Positions 1-8,982 of a stretch of DNA of 19,489 bases are shown piece after piece. Where the stretch lies: IMG/VR virus record IMGVR_UViG_2609459850_000001. One strand, written 5' to 3'. Each line of letters starts with the position of its first letter. Within the stretch, counting starts at the first letter, position 1. This stretch comes from a virus (Duplodnaviria > Heunggongvirae > Uroviricota > Caudoviricetes). The notes below the pieces were generated by a model, which worked only from the letters and a program-made list of their open reading frames with translations, did no database searches and was not told the origin of the DNA. The translations under genes and the position numbers were made by a program.

Positions 1-372
<372 letters not shown>

Positions 373-669
373 CTAGTCTGTTTAGTATTAGCATCAATTT
401 CTCATCAGATGCTATTCAACAATACAAATTACCCATAAACCTCGTTTTTACGGGGTTTTGTTATATTTAAACATTACCGAATAGGTATAAATCTCGATTG
501 TCGATGGTATTGGTTGTGTGACAATACCTAGTCTTTCCGGTATGCCTGAAGAGAATACAAACGACAGATTATGTAAGGGAAACGCGCTGAATCTTTAACT
601 CTTTCATGCTGAGTGATTTGACGTTATATTTTTAGCCGTAAGTGAAGAGCAAACGCATGGAGCGACAAA

Positions 670-876
670 ATGCATAAAGATCAATACACTGATGCCCCCT
701 CCCAGGAGCAGGTTCGTGTAAAAACTATGCTTAATAGCACCATTTCGATGGGTTACCCGGATGTTGTAATTGCATGTATAGAACATCAAGTGTCTCTGGA
801 AGCATTCAGGGCAATTGAGGCCGCGTTAGTAAAGCACGATAAGAATACGAAGGATTATTCCCTGGTGGTTGACTGA
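670..876 (+). CDS. small prophage protein, YbcW-like (68 aa), function unknown
   Basis: ATG at 670 with GGAG 10-13 nt upstream. The 68-aa product (…[41 protein letters not shown]…) resembles, from memory, the small DLP12-type protein YbcW that sits upstream of noh/terS in E. coli prophages. Confidence 0.5.
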   Translation: MHKDQYTDAPSQEQVRVKTMLNSTISMGYPDVVIACIEHQVSLEAFRAIEAALVKHDKNTKDYSLVVD

Positions 877-912
877 TCACCATAACTGCTAACCATTCTG
901 ACCATTTCACAA

Positions 913-941
913 GTGACAGAGTCAATATCGTATTCTGTCAC
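913..941. repeat. perfect 8-bp inverted repeat GTGACAGA-N13-TCTGTCAC downstream of the YbcW-like ORF
   Basis: Read directly from the sequence. No T-run follows, so it is not a classic intrinsic terminator; it could be an operator or RNA hairpin. Confidence 0.4.
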
Positions 942-1237
942 TGTCAGGCTAATACAGCAATGCAATTCAACTACAGCAATGCCTCGTATTTAGGTGAATT
1001 TACAATATCGTCCAGTTCGGATGCCGGCTGCATTTCTGAAGATAAGGCATTTCGGTTCTCGTATTTTCCCCTCATGCTCGTCAGTCCTGCGCGTAGTAAG
1101 AAACAGGACACTCACACTAATTTGTGTGGGCATGCTGTGATGTCCTTCTGAATTATCCCCATGCCATTATGTAAAGCTCTGTTACAGATGCTCGTCACGG
1201 TTGTCAGGCTGTCGGGTCCTCCCAGTGGGGGGCCCTG

Positions 1238-1260
1238 CCACGGGGCGGGAGCGTCGCGGA
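1238..1260 (+). other. candidate cos site (cosN-like), CACG-GGGCGGGAGCGT-CGCGG
   Basis: Lies about 185 bp upstream of the terS start, the same spacing as lambda cosN to Nu1. The flanks resemble lambda cosN (GGGCGGCGACCT followed by CGCGGG) as I recall it, with a different central core. Confidence 0.35.
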
Positions 1261-1298
1261 AAAAGGCTAGTTTTTGAAATTTCATCCGTCATCACCAC

Positions 1299-1324
1299 TA
1301 CTGTAATAGATTGATATTACAGTA
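1299..1324. promoter_or_regulatory. perfect 10-bp inverted repeat TACTGTAATA-N6-TATTACAGTA in the cosB-equivalent region; candidate TerS or host-factor binding site
   Basis: Read directly from the sequence. Sits between the candidate cosN and terS, where lambda carries its R sites and IHF site. Confidence 0.3.
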
Positions 1325-1428
1325 TTTTTATTTTTGTGGTGTCGATTTTGATTGTTTTTTGTTCATCACTAACACCGTTTGCCTAAAGTCGTTCGCAAGA
1401 TGCATGTTTAAAACATTCTGGAGCGGGT

Positions 1429-1923
1429 ATGGATCGAGAGTTAAAAAATCTGACGCTGAATATCAGTCAATTGGCGGCACTGTCAGGTGTACATCGCCAG
1501 ACTGCTGCGGCAAGGCTGCAAAATCTACCCGTTGCAGGGGGGCATGAAAGCAACCTCAAGCTTTATCGGGTGGTTGATATTGTGTCGGCATTTCTGGCAT
1601 TACCACCGCCGGTTGCAGAAGGCGAAATGGACGCACATGAGCGCAAAGCCTGGTATCAGTCTGAACGTGAGCGTCTTAAGTTCGAACAGGAAACGGCACA
1701 ACTCATTCCGGCCAGTGATGTCAGACGGGAGTTTGCCATCTGGGCAAAAGCGGTCGTGCAGGTGCTGGAGACATTACCGGATATTCTTGAACGTGACTGC
1801 GGTCTGCAGCCTGCCGCTGTGAGCCGTGTTCAGTCCATTATTGATGATCTGCGCGATCAGATAGCCCTGCGGGTGACTGAAGCAGGTGCGGATGATGAGG
1901 AGGAATTACAGCAGGAGGAGTAA
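1429..1923 (+). CDS. terminase small subunit (Nu1/NohA family)
   Basis: 164-aa ORF with GGAG upstream; its stop overlaps the terL start (TAATG). N-terminal HTH-like segment followed by a G..G..LY motif, resembling lambda Nu1 architecture and E. coli NohA-type proteins. Position immediately 5' of terL. Confidence 0.8.
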   Translation: MDRELKNLTLNISQLAALSGVHRQTAAARLQNLPVAGGHESNLKLYRVVDIVSAFLALPPPVAEGEMDAHERKAWYQSERERLKFEQETAQLIPASDVRREFAIWAKAVVQVLETLPDILERDCGLQPAAVSRVQSIIDDLRDQIALRVTEAGADDEEELQQEE

Positions 1924-4025
1924 TGCTGAATCAGGAAACCGCAAAGGCAGCACGAACCGATTCAGGTTATATCCTTCGCGCACCGAGACGAATGCGGGTT
2001 GCTGATGCCGTTGCTCAGTATATGCGGGTGCCCATGGGGGCAGGGAACTCAGTCCCGTGGGATCCGCTGGTGGCACCGTATGTTATTGAGCCTATGAACT
2101 GCCTGGCCTCGCGTGAATACGACGCAGTGATATTTGTTGGCCCGGCACGAACCGGCAAGACTATCGGCCTGATTGACGGCTGGGTGATTTACAACGTGAT
2201 TTGCGATCCTGCTGATATGCTGATCATTCAGATGACGGAGGAAAAAGCCCGCGAACACTCCAAAAAACGACTCGCCAGAACGTTTCGCGTCAGCCCGGAA
2301 GTGGTCAGTCGCCTGAGTCCGAACAAAAATGACAACAACGTTTATGACAGAACATTCCTTGCTGGCAACTACCTGAAAATCGGCTGGCCGTCAGTCAATA
2401 TCATGTCTTCATCAGATTATAAATGCGTGGCGCTGACGGATTATGACCGTTTTCCGGAAGATATTGATGGTGAGGGGGATGCCTTCTCTCTTGCCTCAAA
2501 ACGTACCACCACATTTATGTCCAGTGGTATGACGCTGGTGGAGAGTTCCCCCGGCAGGGATGTGAAGGATGTGAAATGGCGACGGACTTCACCGCATGAG
2601 GCTCCACCAACCACGGGGATCCTGTCGCTCTATAACCGTGGCGATCGCCGTCGCTGGTACTGGCCCTGTCCACACTGTGGTGAGTATTTTCAGCCCTGCG
2701 GCGATGTGGTTGCTGGTTTCCGTGATATTGCCGATCCTGTGCTGGCAAGTGAGGCGGCTTATATTCAGTGTCCTTCCTGTTCAGGACGGATTTTGCCTGA
2801 ACAAAAACGCGAGCTGAACGGACGTGGGGTCTGGTTACGGGATGGTGAATCCATCAATGCAGATGGCAGTCGTTATGGTGATCCCCGGCGTTCACGTATT
2901 GCGTCATTCTGGATGGAGGGTCCGGCAGCTGCTTATCAGACACTCTCGCAACTCGTTTACAAACTGCTTACTGCAGAACAGGAATACGAGACAACCGGAA
3001 GTGAAGAGACACTCAAGACGGTTATCAATACCGACTGGGGATTACCTTATCTTCCCCGCGCCAGCATGGAGCAACGAAAAAGTGAATTGCTTGAGCAGCG
3101 GGCAGAGCCAGTTCCTTCCCGCAGTGTGCCGGATGGCGTTAATTTCCTTGTGGCGACAGTGGATGTGCAGGCGGGACGTCATCGCCGTTTTGTGGTTCAG
3201 GTAACGGGCTATGGCAGCCGTGGCGAACGCTGGATTATTGATCGTTACAACATCACGCAGTCATTGCGCGGTGACAGCGACGGGGAGAGCCAGCGAATTG
3301 ATCCGGCCAGCTATCCGGAAGACTGGGATGTCCTGCTGACGGATGTTTTTCATAAAAGCTGGCCGCTGGCCTCCGACCCTTCTCAACAAATGCGACTGAT
3401 GGCAATGGCGGTGGACTCCGGCGGTGAAGACGGGGTCACTGATAATGCCTATAAATTCTGGCGTCGTTGCCGTCGTGATGGCCTTGGTAAACGTATTTAC
3501 CTGTTTAAGGGCGACAGCATCCGGCGAGCAAAACTGATCACCCGTACATTCCCTGATAACACCGGACGAACGGGCCGACGGGCGCAGGCCGCAGGTGATG
3601 TGCCGCTCTGGCTTCTTCAGACGGATGCCCTGAAAGACCGGGTGAATAACGCGTTATGGCGTGACTCGCCAGGTCCCGGCTATGTGCATTTCCCTGACTG
3701 GCTGGGGAGCTGGTTTTACGACGAACTGACGTATGAAGAGCGGAGCAGTGACGGGAAATGGAGTAAGCCGGGTCGCGGTGCCAACGAAGCTTTTGACCTG
3801 ATGGTGTATGCCGAGGCTCTGGTCATTCTGCATGGATACGAAAAGATCCGCTGGCCGGATGCACCGGAGTGGGCGAGCCGGGAAACCTGGCTGGAGTGTG
3901 TCCCGGACAGTACCGAACCGTCACCCTCACCGGAACCGGTACCCACGCCTGTTAAAAAACAAAAACGGAAGAAAACATTAACTGACGATGTTAACCCCTG
4001 GCTGACTTCCGGAGGATGGTTATGA
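1923..4025 (+). CDS. terminase large subunit (gpA family)
   Basis: 700-aa ORF with a Walker A-like GPARTGKT near the N-terminus and a CPHCG...CPSC zinc-ribbon-like segment, as in lambda gpA. Position between terS and portal. Confidence 0.9.
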   Translation: MLNQETAKAARTDSGYILRAPRRMRVADAVAQYMRVPMGAGNSVPWDPLVAPYVIEPMNCLASREYDAVIFVGPARTGKTIGLIDGWVIYNVICDPADMLIIQMTEEKAREHSKKRLARTFRVSPEVVSRLSPNKNDNNVYDRTFLAGNYLKIGWPSVNIMSSSDYKCVALTDYDRFPEDIDGEGDAFSLASKRTTTFMSSGMTLVESSPGRDVKDVKWRRTSPHEAPPTTGILSLYNRGDRRRWYWPCPHCGEYFQPCGDVVAGFRDIADPVLASEAAYIQCPSCSGRILPEQKRELNGRGVWLRDGESINADGSRYGDPRRSRIASFWMEGPAAAYQTLSQLVYKLLTAEQEYETTGSEETLKTVINTDWGLPYLPRASMEQRKSELLEQRAEPVPSRSVPDGVNFLVATVDVQAGRHRRFVVQVTGYGSRGERWIIDRYNITQSLRGDSDGESQRIDPASYPEDWDVLLTDVFHKSWPLASDPSQQMRLMAMAVDSGGEDGVTDNAYKFWRRCRRDGLGKRIYLFKGDSIRRAKLITRTFPDNTGRTGRRAQAAGDVPLWLLQTDALKDRVNNALWRDSPGPGYVHFPDWLGSWFYDELTYEERSSDGKWSKPGRGANEAFDLMVYAEALVILHGYEKIRWPDAPEWASRETWLECVPDSTEPSPSPEPVPTPVKKQKRKKTLTDDVNPWLTSGGWL

Positions 4026-4234
4026 ATCAGAATGATATTGAAGCCATGATTCAGCGTTATACGGAAGCTGAAATGGCGGTGCTGGACGGAAAATCCGTCA
4101 CTTTTAATGGTCAGCAGATGACCATGGAAAACTTATCTGAGATCCGGCAGGGGCGGCAGGAGTGGGAGCGCCGCCTTGCGGCTCTGATTACACGACGACG
4201 GGGGCATCCCGGGTACCGGCTGGCGAGGTTCTGA
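4022..4234 (+). CDS. head-tail connector / head completion protein (gpW-like)
   Basis: About 70 aa. The ATG at 4022 overlaps the terL stop (ATGA) and has GGAGG 6 nt upstream; the ATG at 4016 is too close to the RBS. The C-terminal RRRG motif recalls lambda gpW, and the position (terL-W-portal) matches lambda. Confidence 0.6.
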   Translation: MNQNDIEAMIQRYTEAEMAVLDGKSVTFNGQQMTMENLSEIRQGRQEWERRLAALITRRRGHPGYRLARF

Positions 4235-5742
4235 TGGCAATTCTTGATGATGTGATTGGCGTTTTTTCACCAGGATGGAAAGCGGCAAGGCTGCGTTCCC
4301 GTGCGGTGATCCAGGCTTATGAGGCCGTAAAAACGACGCGGACACACAAAGCCCGACGGGAGAACCGAACTGCCGACCAGTTAAGCCAGTACGGGGCCGT
4401 GTCGTTACGTGAGCAGGCTCGTTACCTTGATAACAACCACGATCTGGTCATTGGTGTATTTGACAAGCTGGAAGAACGGGTGGTGGGGAAAAACGGGATT
4501 ATTGTCGAGCCACATCCGGTATTACGCAATGGGGCCATTGCCCGTGATCTGGCAGCGGAGATACGTACCCGATGGAGTGAATGGTCTGTCAGTCCGGAGG
4601 TCACCGGGCAGTTTACCCGTCCGATGCTGGAACGTCTGATGCTGCGTACCTGGCTGCGCGATGGTGAGGTGTTTGCCCAGATGGTTTCCGGGCGCATAAA
4701 CAGCCTGACGCCTTCTGCCGGTGTTCATTTCTGGCTGGAGGCGCTCGAGCCGGACTTTATTCCCATGACCAGTGATGAGAGCAACAGGCTGAATCAGGGC
4801 GTGTTTGTTGATGACTGGGGGCGTCCCGAAAAATATCTGGTGTATAAAAGCCGTCCCGTATCCGGGCGGCAGATGGAAACCAAAGAAGTGGATGCAGAGC
4901 GAATGCTGCATCTTAAATTTGTTCGCCGTCTGCACCAGATGCGCGGGACGTCTTTGTTGTCCGGTGTGCTGATCCGCCTCAGTGCTCTGAAAGAGTATGA
5001 AGATTCTGAGCTGACTGCAGCAAGGATCGCCGCTGCTCTGGGGATGTACATCCGGAAAGGCGACGGACAGAGCTATGAAACGGATGGTAATGACAGCAAG
5101 GAGAATGAACGCGAGCTTACCATTCAGCCAGGCATTATTTACGACGATCTGAAACCCGGCGAAGAAATCGGAATGGTGAAGTCGGATCGCCCCAATCCTA
5201 ACCTTGAAACTTTTCGTAATGGTCAGTTGCGTGCCGTGGCTGCGGGCAGTCGTCTGAGTTTTTCCAGTACAGCGCGCAACTATAACGGCACTTACAGCGC
5301 CCAGCGTCAGGAGCTGGTTGAATCTACTGATGGCTACCTGATCCTGCAGGACTGGTTTATTGGTGCCGTCACCCGCCCGATGTACCGTGCCTGGCTGAAA
5401 CAGGCTGTGGTATCCGGTGTTATCAGGCTACCCCGCGATCTGGACCGATCTTCACTGTATACCGCGGTGTATTCCGGACCGGTGATGCCGTGGATTGACC
5501 CTGTTAAGGAGGCTGAGGCCTGGAAAATTCAGATTCGTGGTGGAGCGGCGACAGAATCAGACTGGGTACGTGCAGGTGGTCGTAATCCTGATGATGTCAA
5601 ACGTCGGCGCAAGGCCGAAATTGATGAAAACCGCAAGCTGGATCTGGTATTTGATACCGATCCGGCCAGTGATAAAGGAGGCAGCAGTGCCGCAACGAAA
5701 CGACAGGAGCCGCAGCACACCGACGACCAGTCCGAAGAATAA
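4234..5742 (+). CDS. portal protein (gpB-like)
   Basis: 502 aa from the ATG at 4234, which overlaps the W stop (TGATG). The track's 4162 start is a GTG inside W. Size and position are typical for a lambdoid portal. Confidence 0.85.
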   Translation: MAILDDVIGVFSPGWKAARLRSRAVIQAYEAVKTTRTHKARRENRTADQLSQYGAVSLREQARYLDNNHDLVIGVFDKLEERVVGKNGIIVEPHPVLRNGAIARDLAAEIRTRWSEWSVSPEVTGQFTRPMLERLMLRTWLRDGEVFAQMVSGRINSLTPSAGVHFWLEALEPDFIPMTSDESNRLNQGVFVDDWGRPEKYLVYKSRPVSGRQMETKEVDAERMLHLKFVRRLHQMRGTSLLSGVLIRLSALKEYEDSELTAARIAAALGMYIRKGDGQSYETDGNDSKENERELTIQPGIIYDDLKPGEEIGMVKSDRPNPNLETFRNGQLRAVAAGSRLSFSSTARNYNGTYSAQRQELVESTDGYLILQDWFIGAVTRPMYRAWLKQAVVSGVIRLPRDLDRSSLYTAVYSGPVMPWIDPVKEAEAWKIQIRGGAATESDWVRAGGRNPDDVKRRRKAEIDENRKLDLVFDTDPASDKGGSSAATKRQEPQHTDDQSEE

Positions 5743-5755
5743 TTCCTGGTTCAGG

Positions 5756-7714
5756 ATGCAGGCAGGTCACCAGAGTGACGCGGATATTTATATTTATGAC
5801 GAGATTGGTTTCTGGGGTGTTACGGCGAAGCAGTTTATCAGTGATCTGAATGCACTGGGCGATATCACCCACATTAATCTCCATATTAATTCACCGGGTG
5901 GCGATGTCTTTGAAGGCATCGCCATTTTTAATGCACTGAAAACACATGGTGCGTCCATTACCGTTTATGTCGACGGTGTGGCGGCGTCAATGGCGTCGGT
6001 CATTGCGATGGTGGGAAACCCGGTCATTATGCCGGAAAACTCCTTCATGATGATTCATAAACCATTTGGCTTTACGGGCGGTGATGCGGAGGACATGCGC
6101 ACCTATGCCGACCTGCTCGATAAAGTTGAGGCGGTTCTGTTACCCGCTTATGCACAGAAAACCGGGAAAACCACCGATGAAATTGCTGCCATGCTGGCGG
6201 ATGAGACCTGGATGTCCGGTGCCGAATGTCTGGCACAGGGATTTGCTGATCAGGTGACACCAGCCGTTAAGGCAATGGCATGTATTCAGTCAAAACGTAC
6301 AGAGGAATTTAAAAAGATGCCGGAATCCATTCGAAATATGATTACTCCGCCACGCAACAGTGCTCCACGCGTACAGGATGATGGACCTGCAGCCTCCCGG
6401 ACGCCAGTGCAGGCAGCAGCACCCGTGGTGGATGAAAACAGCATCCGTGCGCAGGTCCTGGCAGAGCAAAAAGCGCGTGTAAACGGTATTAATGCTCTGT
6501 TTGCCATGTTTGGCGGGCGTTATCAGTCGTTGCAGGCTCAGTGTCTTGCCGATCCTGAATGTTCGCTGGAGCAGGCCCGCGAAAAGCTGTTGAACGAGAT
6601 GGGGCGCGAGTCCACGCCATCCAATAAAAATACCCCGGCTCATATTTATGCCGGTAACGGTAATTTTGTGGGGGACGGGATCCGCCAGGCGCTGATGGCG
6701 CGCGCCGGGTTTGAAAAAACTGAACGTGATAATGTCTACAACGGGATGACCCTGCGTGAATATGCCCGTATGTCACTGACTGAACGTGGTATTGGTGTTT
6801 CCAGTTATAACCCGATGCAGATGGTCGGTGCGGCGTTCACACACAGTACGTCTGACTTCGGTAATATTCTGCTGGATGTTGCGAACAAAGCCATTCTGCA
6901 GGGCTGGGAAGATGCCCCTGAAACCTATGAACAGTGGACGCGGAAAGGTCAGTTGTCTGATTTTAAAATTGCCCATCGTGTGGGTATGGGGGGCTTCAGT
7001 GCTCTGCGTCAGGTGCGTGAAGGGGCAGAATATAAATACGTCACCACCGGAGATAAACAGGCCACTATTGCACTGGCGACCTATGGCGAGCTGTTCAGTA
7101 TCACCCGTCAGGCCATTATCAATGATGATCTGAATATGCTGACCGATGTCCCGATGAAGCTGGGCCGTGCGGCGAAATCCACTATTGCCGATCTGGTTTA
7201 TGCCATTCTGACGTCTAACCCGAAAATCTCCACAGATAATGTAAGTCTGTTCGATAAAGCGAAACATGCAAACGTACTGGAGAGCGCGGCAATGGACGTG
7301 GCATCGCTGGATAAAGCCCGCCAGTTGATGCGCGTTCAGAAAGAGGGTGAGCGTCATCTGAATATTCGTCCTGCGTTCGTACTGGTACCGACGGCGATGG
7401 AGTCTGTTGCTAACCAGGTCATTCGCTCCTCAAGTGTCAAGGGGGCTGACATTAACGCCGGTATTATTAACCCGGTGAAAGATTTTGCGACCGTTATTGC
7501 AGAGCCTCGTCTTGATGATAACAGCCAGACCACCTTCTACCTGGCTGCGTCCAAAGGCTCCGATACGATTGAAGTGGCTTATCTCAACGGTGTGGATACG
7601 CCATATATTGATCAGATGGAGGGCTTCAGTGTGGATGGCGTGACAACGAAAGTGCGTATTGACGCTGGTGTTGCGCCAGTTGATCACCGCGGCCTGGTGA
7701 AATGTACGGCGTAA
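5756..7714 (+). CDS. fused prohead protease (ClpP/S49-like) - scaffold - major capsid protein (tripartite capsid gene)
   Basis: N-terminal segment IYIYDEIGFWG...INSPGGDVFEGIAIFNALK...VDGVAASMASVIAM...MMIHKPF is protease-like. The middle is Ala/Gln/Glu-rich, and the C-terminal roughly 250 aa is capsid-like. The start is taken as the first ATG after the portal stop; the track's 5495 is a TTG inside portal. The start is uncertain (weak RBS). Confidence 0.75.
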   Translation: MQAGHQSDADIYIYDEIGFWGVTAKQFISDLNALGDITHINLHINSPGGDVFEGIAIFNALKTHGASITVYVDGVAASMASVIAMVGNPVIMPENSFMMIHKPFGFTGGDAEDMRTYADLLDKVEAVLLPAYAQKTGKTTDEIAAMLADETWMSGAECLAQGFADQVTPAVKAMACIQSKRTEEFKKMPESIRNMITPPRNSAPRVQDDGPAASRTPVQAAAPVVDENSIRAQVLAEQKARVNGINALFAMFGGRYQSLQAQCLADPECSLEQAREKLLNEMGRESTPSNKNTPAHIYAGNGNFVGDGIRQALMARAGFEKTERDNVYNGMTLREYARMSLTERGIGVSSYNPMQMVGAAFTHSTSDFGNILLDVANKAILQGWEDAPETYEQWTRKGQLSDFKIAHRVGMGGFSALRQVREGAEYKYVTTGDKQATIALATYGELFSITRQAIINDDLNMLTDVPMKLGRAAKSTIADLVYAILTSNPKISTDNVSLFDKAKHANVLESAAMDVASLDKARQLMRVQKEGERHLNIRPAFVLVPTAMESVANQVIRSSSVKGADINAGIINPVKDFATVIAEPRLDDNSQTTFYLAASKGSDTIEVAYLNGVDTPYIDQMEGFSVDGVTTKVRIDAGVAPVDHRGLVKCTA

Positions 7715-7737
7715 ACGTCGCAGACAACAACTCTGAT

Positions 7738-7757
7738 GGCCCGTAAGGGCTTTTTTT
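7738..7757 (+). terminator. intrinsic terminator-like hairpin after the capsid gene (GGCCC-GTAA-GGGC + T7)
   Basis: GC stem with a GNRA-type GTAA loop followed by seven T residues, 24 nt after the capsid stop. A second 7-bp hairpin (CAGCCCC-TGAAC-GGGGCTG, 7769-7787) follows without a T-run. Confidence 0.45.
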
Positions 7758-7800
7758 GTACCTGAAATCAGCCCCTGAACGGGGCTGTGCGGAGACAGTT

Positions 7801-8124
7801 ATGGCAAAGAATTTTGTAGAAGAAGGAAAAACGGTGGCGATTGTTGCCAGTGCAGCCATCAGCAGCGGAGATCTGGTGCAGGTGGGTGATGTTTTTGCGG
7901 TGGCGCTGACCGATATTCCACAGGGAGAAACAGGCGACGGCATAACCGAAGGTGTGTTTATGCTGCCTAAGCTGAAAACGGATGACATGAAAACGGGTAA
8001 GAAGGTTTATCTGAAGTCAGGAAAAGTTCAGCTGACTAACAGCGGCTCTGATCCGCTGGTCGGGGTTGTATGGGCAGATGCCGGAACCAGTGCAGAAGAA
8101 GTGCCGGTAAAACTCAATGTCTGA
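7801..8124 (+). CDS. small head protein, putative decoration/cement protein (DUF2190-like)
   Basis: 107 aa from the ATG at 7801 with GGAGA 5 nt upstream; the track's 7756 is a TTG inside the terminator hairpin. Sits directly after the capsid gene, where lambda has D. The family assignment is from memory and weak. Confidence 0.45.
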   Translation: MAKNFVEEGKTVAIVASAAISSGDLVQVGDVFAVALTDIPQGETGDGITEGVFMLPKLKTDDMKTGKKVYLKSGKVQLTNSGSDPLVGVVWADAGTSAEEVPVKLNV

Positions 8125-8392
8125 TCCCTTTTCCCGGCTGGCAGCGCGTATGGATGCGATCACGGTCAGAAAGATGGGAAAGACAGCCTCGATTAATGAT
8201 GTCGATATGACTGTGATCCCGGGAGAAACACTGGCAGAGCTGAATGCTCTGTCCGGACCTGCGGTCTCTCTGGTGGTGTTTTCTTCGGGATACCGCCCAC
8301 GGCGCGGGGATCGCGTTGTTTATGACGGACAACAATGGACGGTCACACGGCATGAACGTTTTAACGGTAAGCCAATGATCTTTATTGAGTAA
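8117..8392 (+). CDS. head-tail joining / head completion protein (FII-like position)
   Basis: 91-aa ORF whose start overlaps the previous stop (ATGTCTGA). Position between the head proteins and Z. Confidence 0.5.
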   Translation: MSDPFSRLAARMDAITVRKMGKTASINDVDMTVIPGETLAELNALSGPAVSLVVFSSGYRPRRGDRVVYDGQQWTVTRHERFNGKPMIFIE

Positions 8393-8403
8393 AGAGGTGT
8401 GGG

Positions 8404-8982
8404 ATGAAGGGGCTTGAGAATGCCATCCGCAATCTGAACAGCCTTGATACCCGTATGGTGCCACAGGCCAGCGCATGGGCGATAAACCGTGTGGCACAGA
8501 AAGCGGTCTCGGTTGCCACCCGGCAGGTTGCCGGGAATACCGTTGCGGGAGATAACCAGGTGAAAGGGATCCCCCTGAAACTGGTACGTCAGCGTGTCCG
8601 GGTGTTTAAAGCCAGTCCGTCAGGAAAAATGACGGCCAGGATCCGCGTTAACCGGGGCAATCTGCCCGCCATTAAGCTGGGGACAGCCCGGGTCAGACTG
8701 GCCCGGCGTGGTGGAAAACTGCAGTACCGTGGCAGTGTGCTGAAGGTGGGTAAATATCTTTTCCGGGATGCGTTTATTCAGCAACTGGCGAATGGTCGCT
8801 GGCATGTGATGCGACGTATTGATGGCAAAAATCGTTACCCCATTGATGTGGTGAAAATCCCGCTGTCCGGACCGCTGACACAGGCATTTGAAGATGCCCG
8901 CGACCACATCATTGCTGCGGAAATGCCGAAACAGCTGGGGTATGCACTGAAACAACAACTGAGGTTATGGCTGACCCGATGA
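8404..8982 (+). CDS. Z: tail completion protein Z
   Basis: 192 aa, the same length as lambda gpZ. RBS AGAGGTG upstream; lies immediately 5' of U with ATGA overlap. Confidence 0.8.
   Translation: MKGLENAIRNLNSLDTRMVPQASAWAINRVAQKAVSVATRQVAGNTVAGDNQVKGIPLKLVRQRVRVFKASPSGKMTARIRVNRGNLPAIKLGTARVRLARRGGKLQYRGSVLKVGKYLFRDAFIQQLANGRWHVMRRIDGKNRYPIDVVKIPLSGPLTQAFEDARDHIIAAEMPKQLGYALKQQLRLWLTR

Noticed and set aside
942-1210. Repeated 9-mer TGTCAGGCT at 942-950 and 1202-1210 as a possible cosQ or direct repeat
   Set aside because: A single 9-bp match within a few hundred bp is not clearly above chance expectation, and there is no supporting symmetry or known motif.
1299-1324. Possible LexA (SOS) box because of TACTGT...ACAGTA ends
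   Set aside because: The CTGT and ACAG half-sites are separated by 16 nt, not the 8 nt of the LexA consensus CTGT-N8-ACAG. It is kept as a generic dyad element instead.
960-1547. Small + strand ORFs at 960-1151, 1311-1547 and 1487-1822
   Set aside because: No RBS or recognisable product. The first lies in the cos-proximal non-coding region, and the others overlap the cos/terS region in alternative frames.
5495-5755. Track-predicted upstream starts (TTG at 5495 for the capsid fusion; GTG at 4162 for portal; TTG at 7756; 10153 for G; TTG at 10861 for H)
   Set aside because: These extensions overlap the 3' end of the preceding gene or a terminator hairpin and use non-ATG codons. Downstream ATGs with RBS or stop-start overlap, and matching lambda N-termini, are more plausible.
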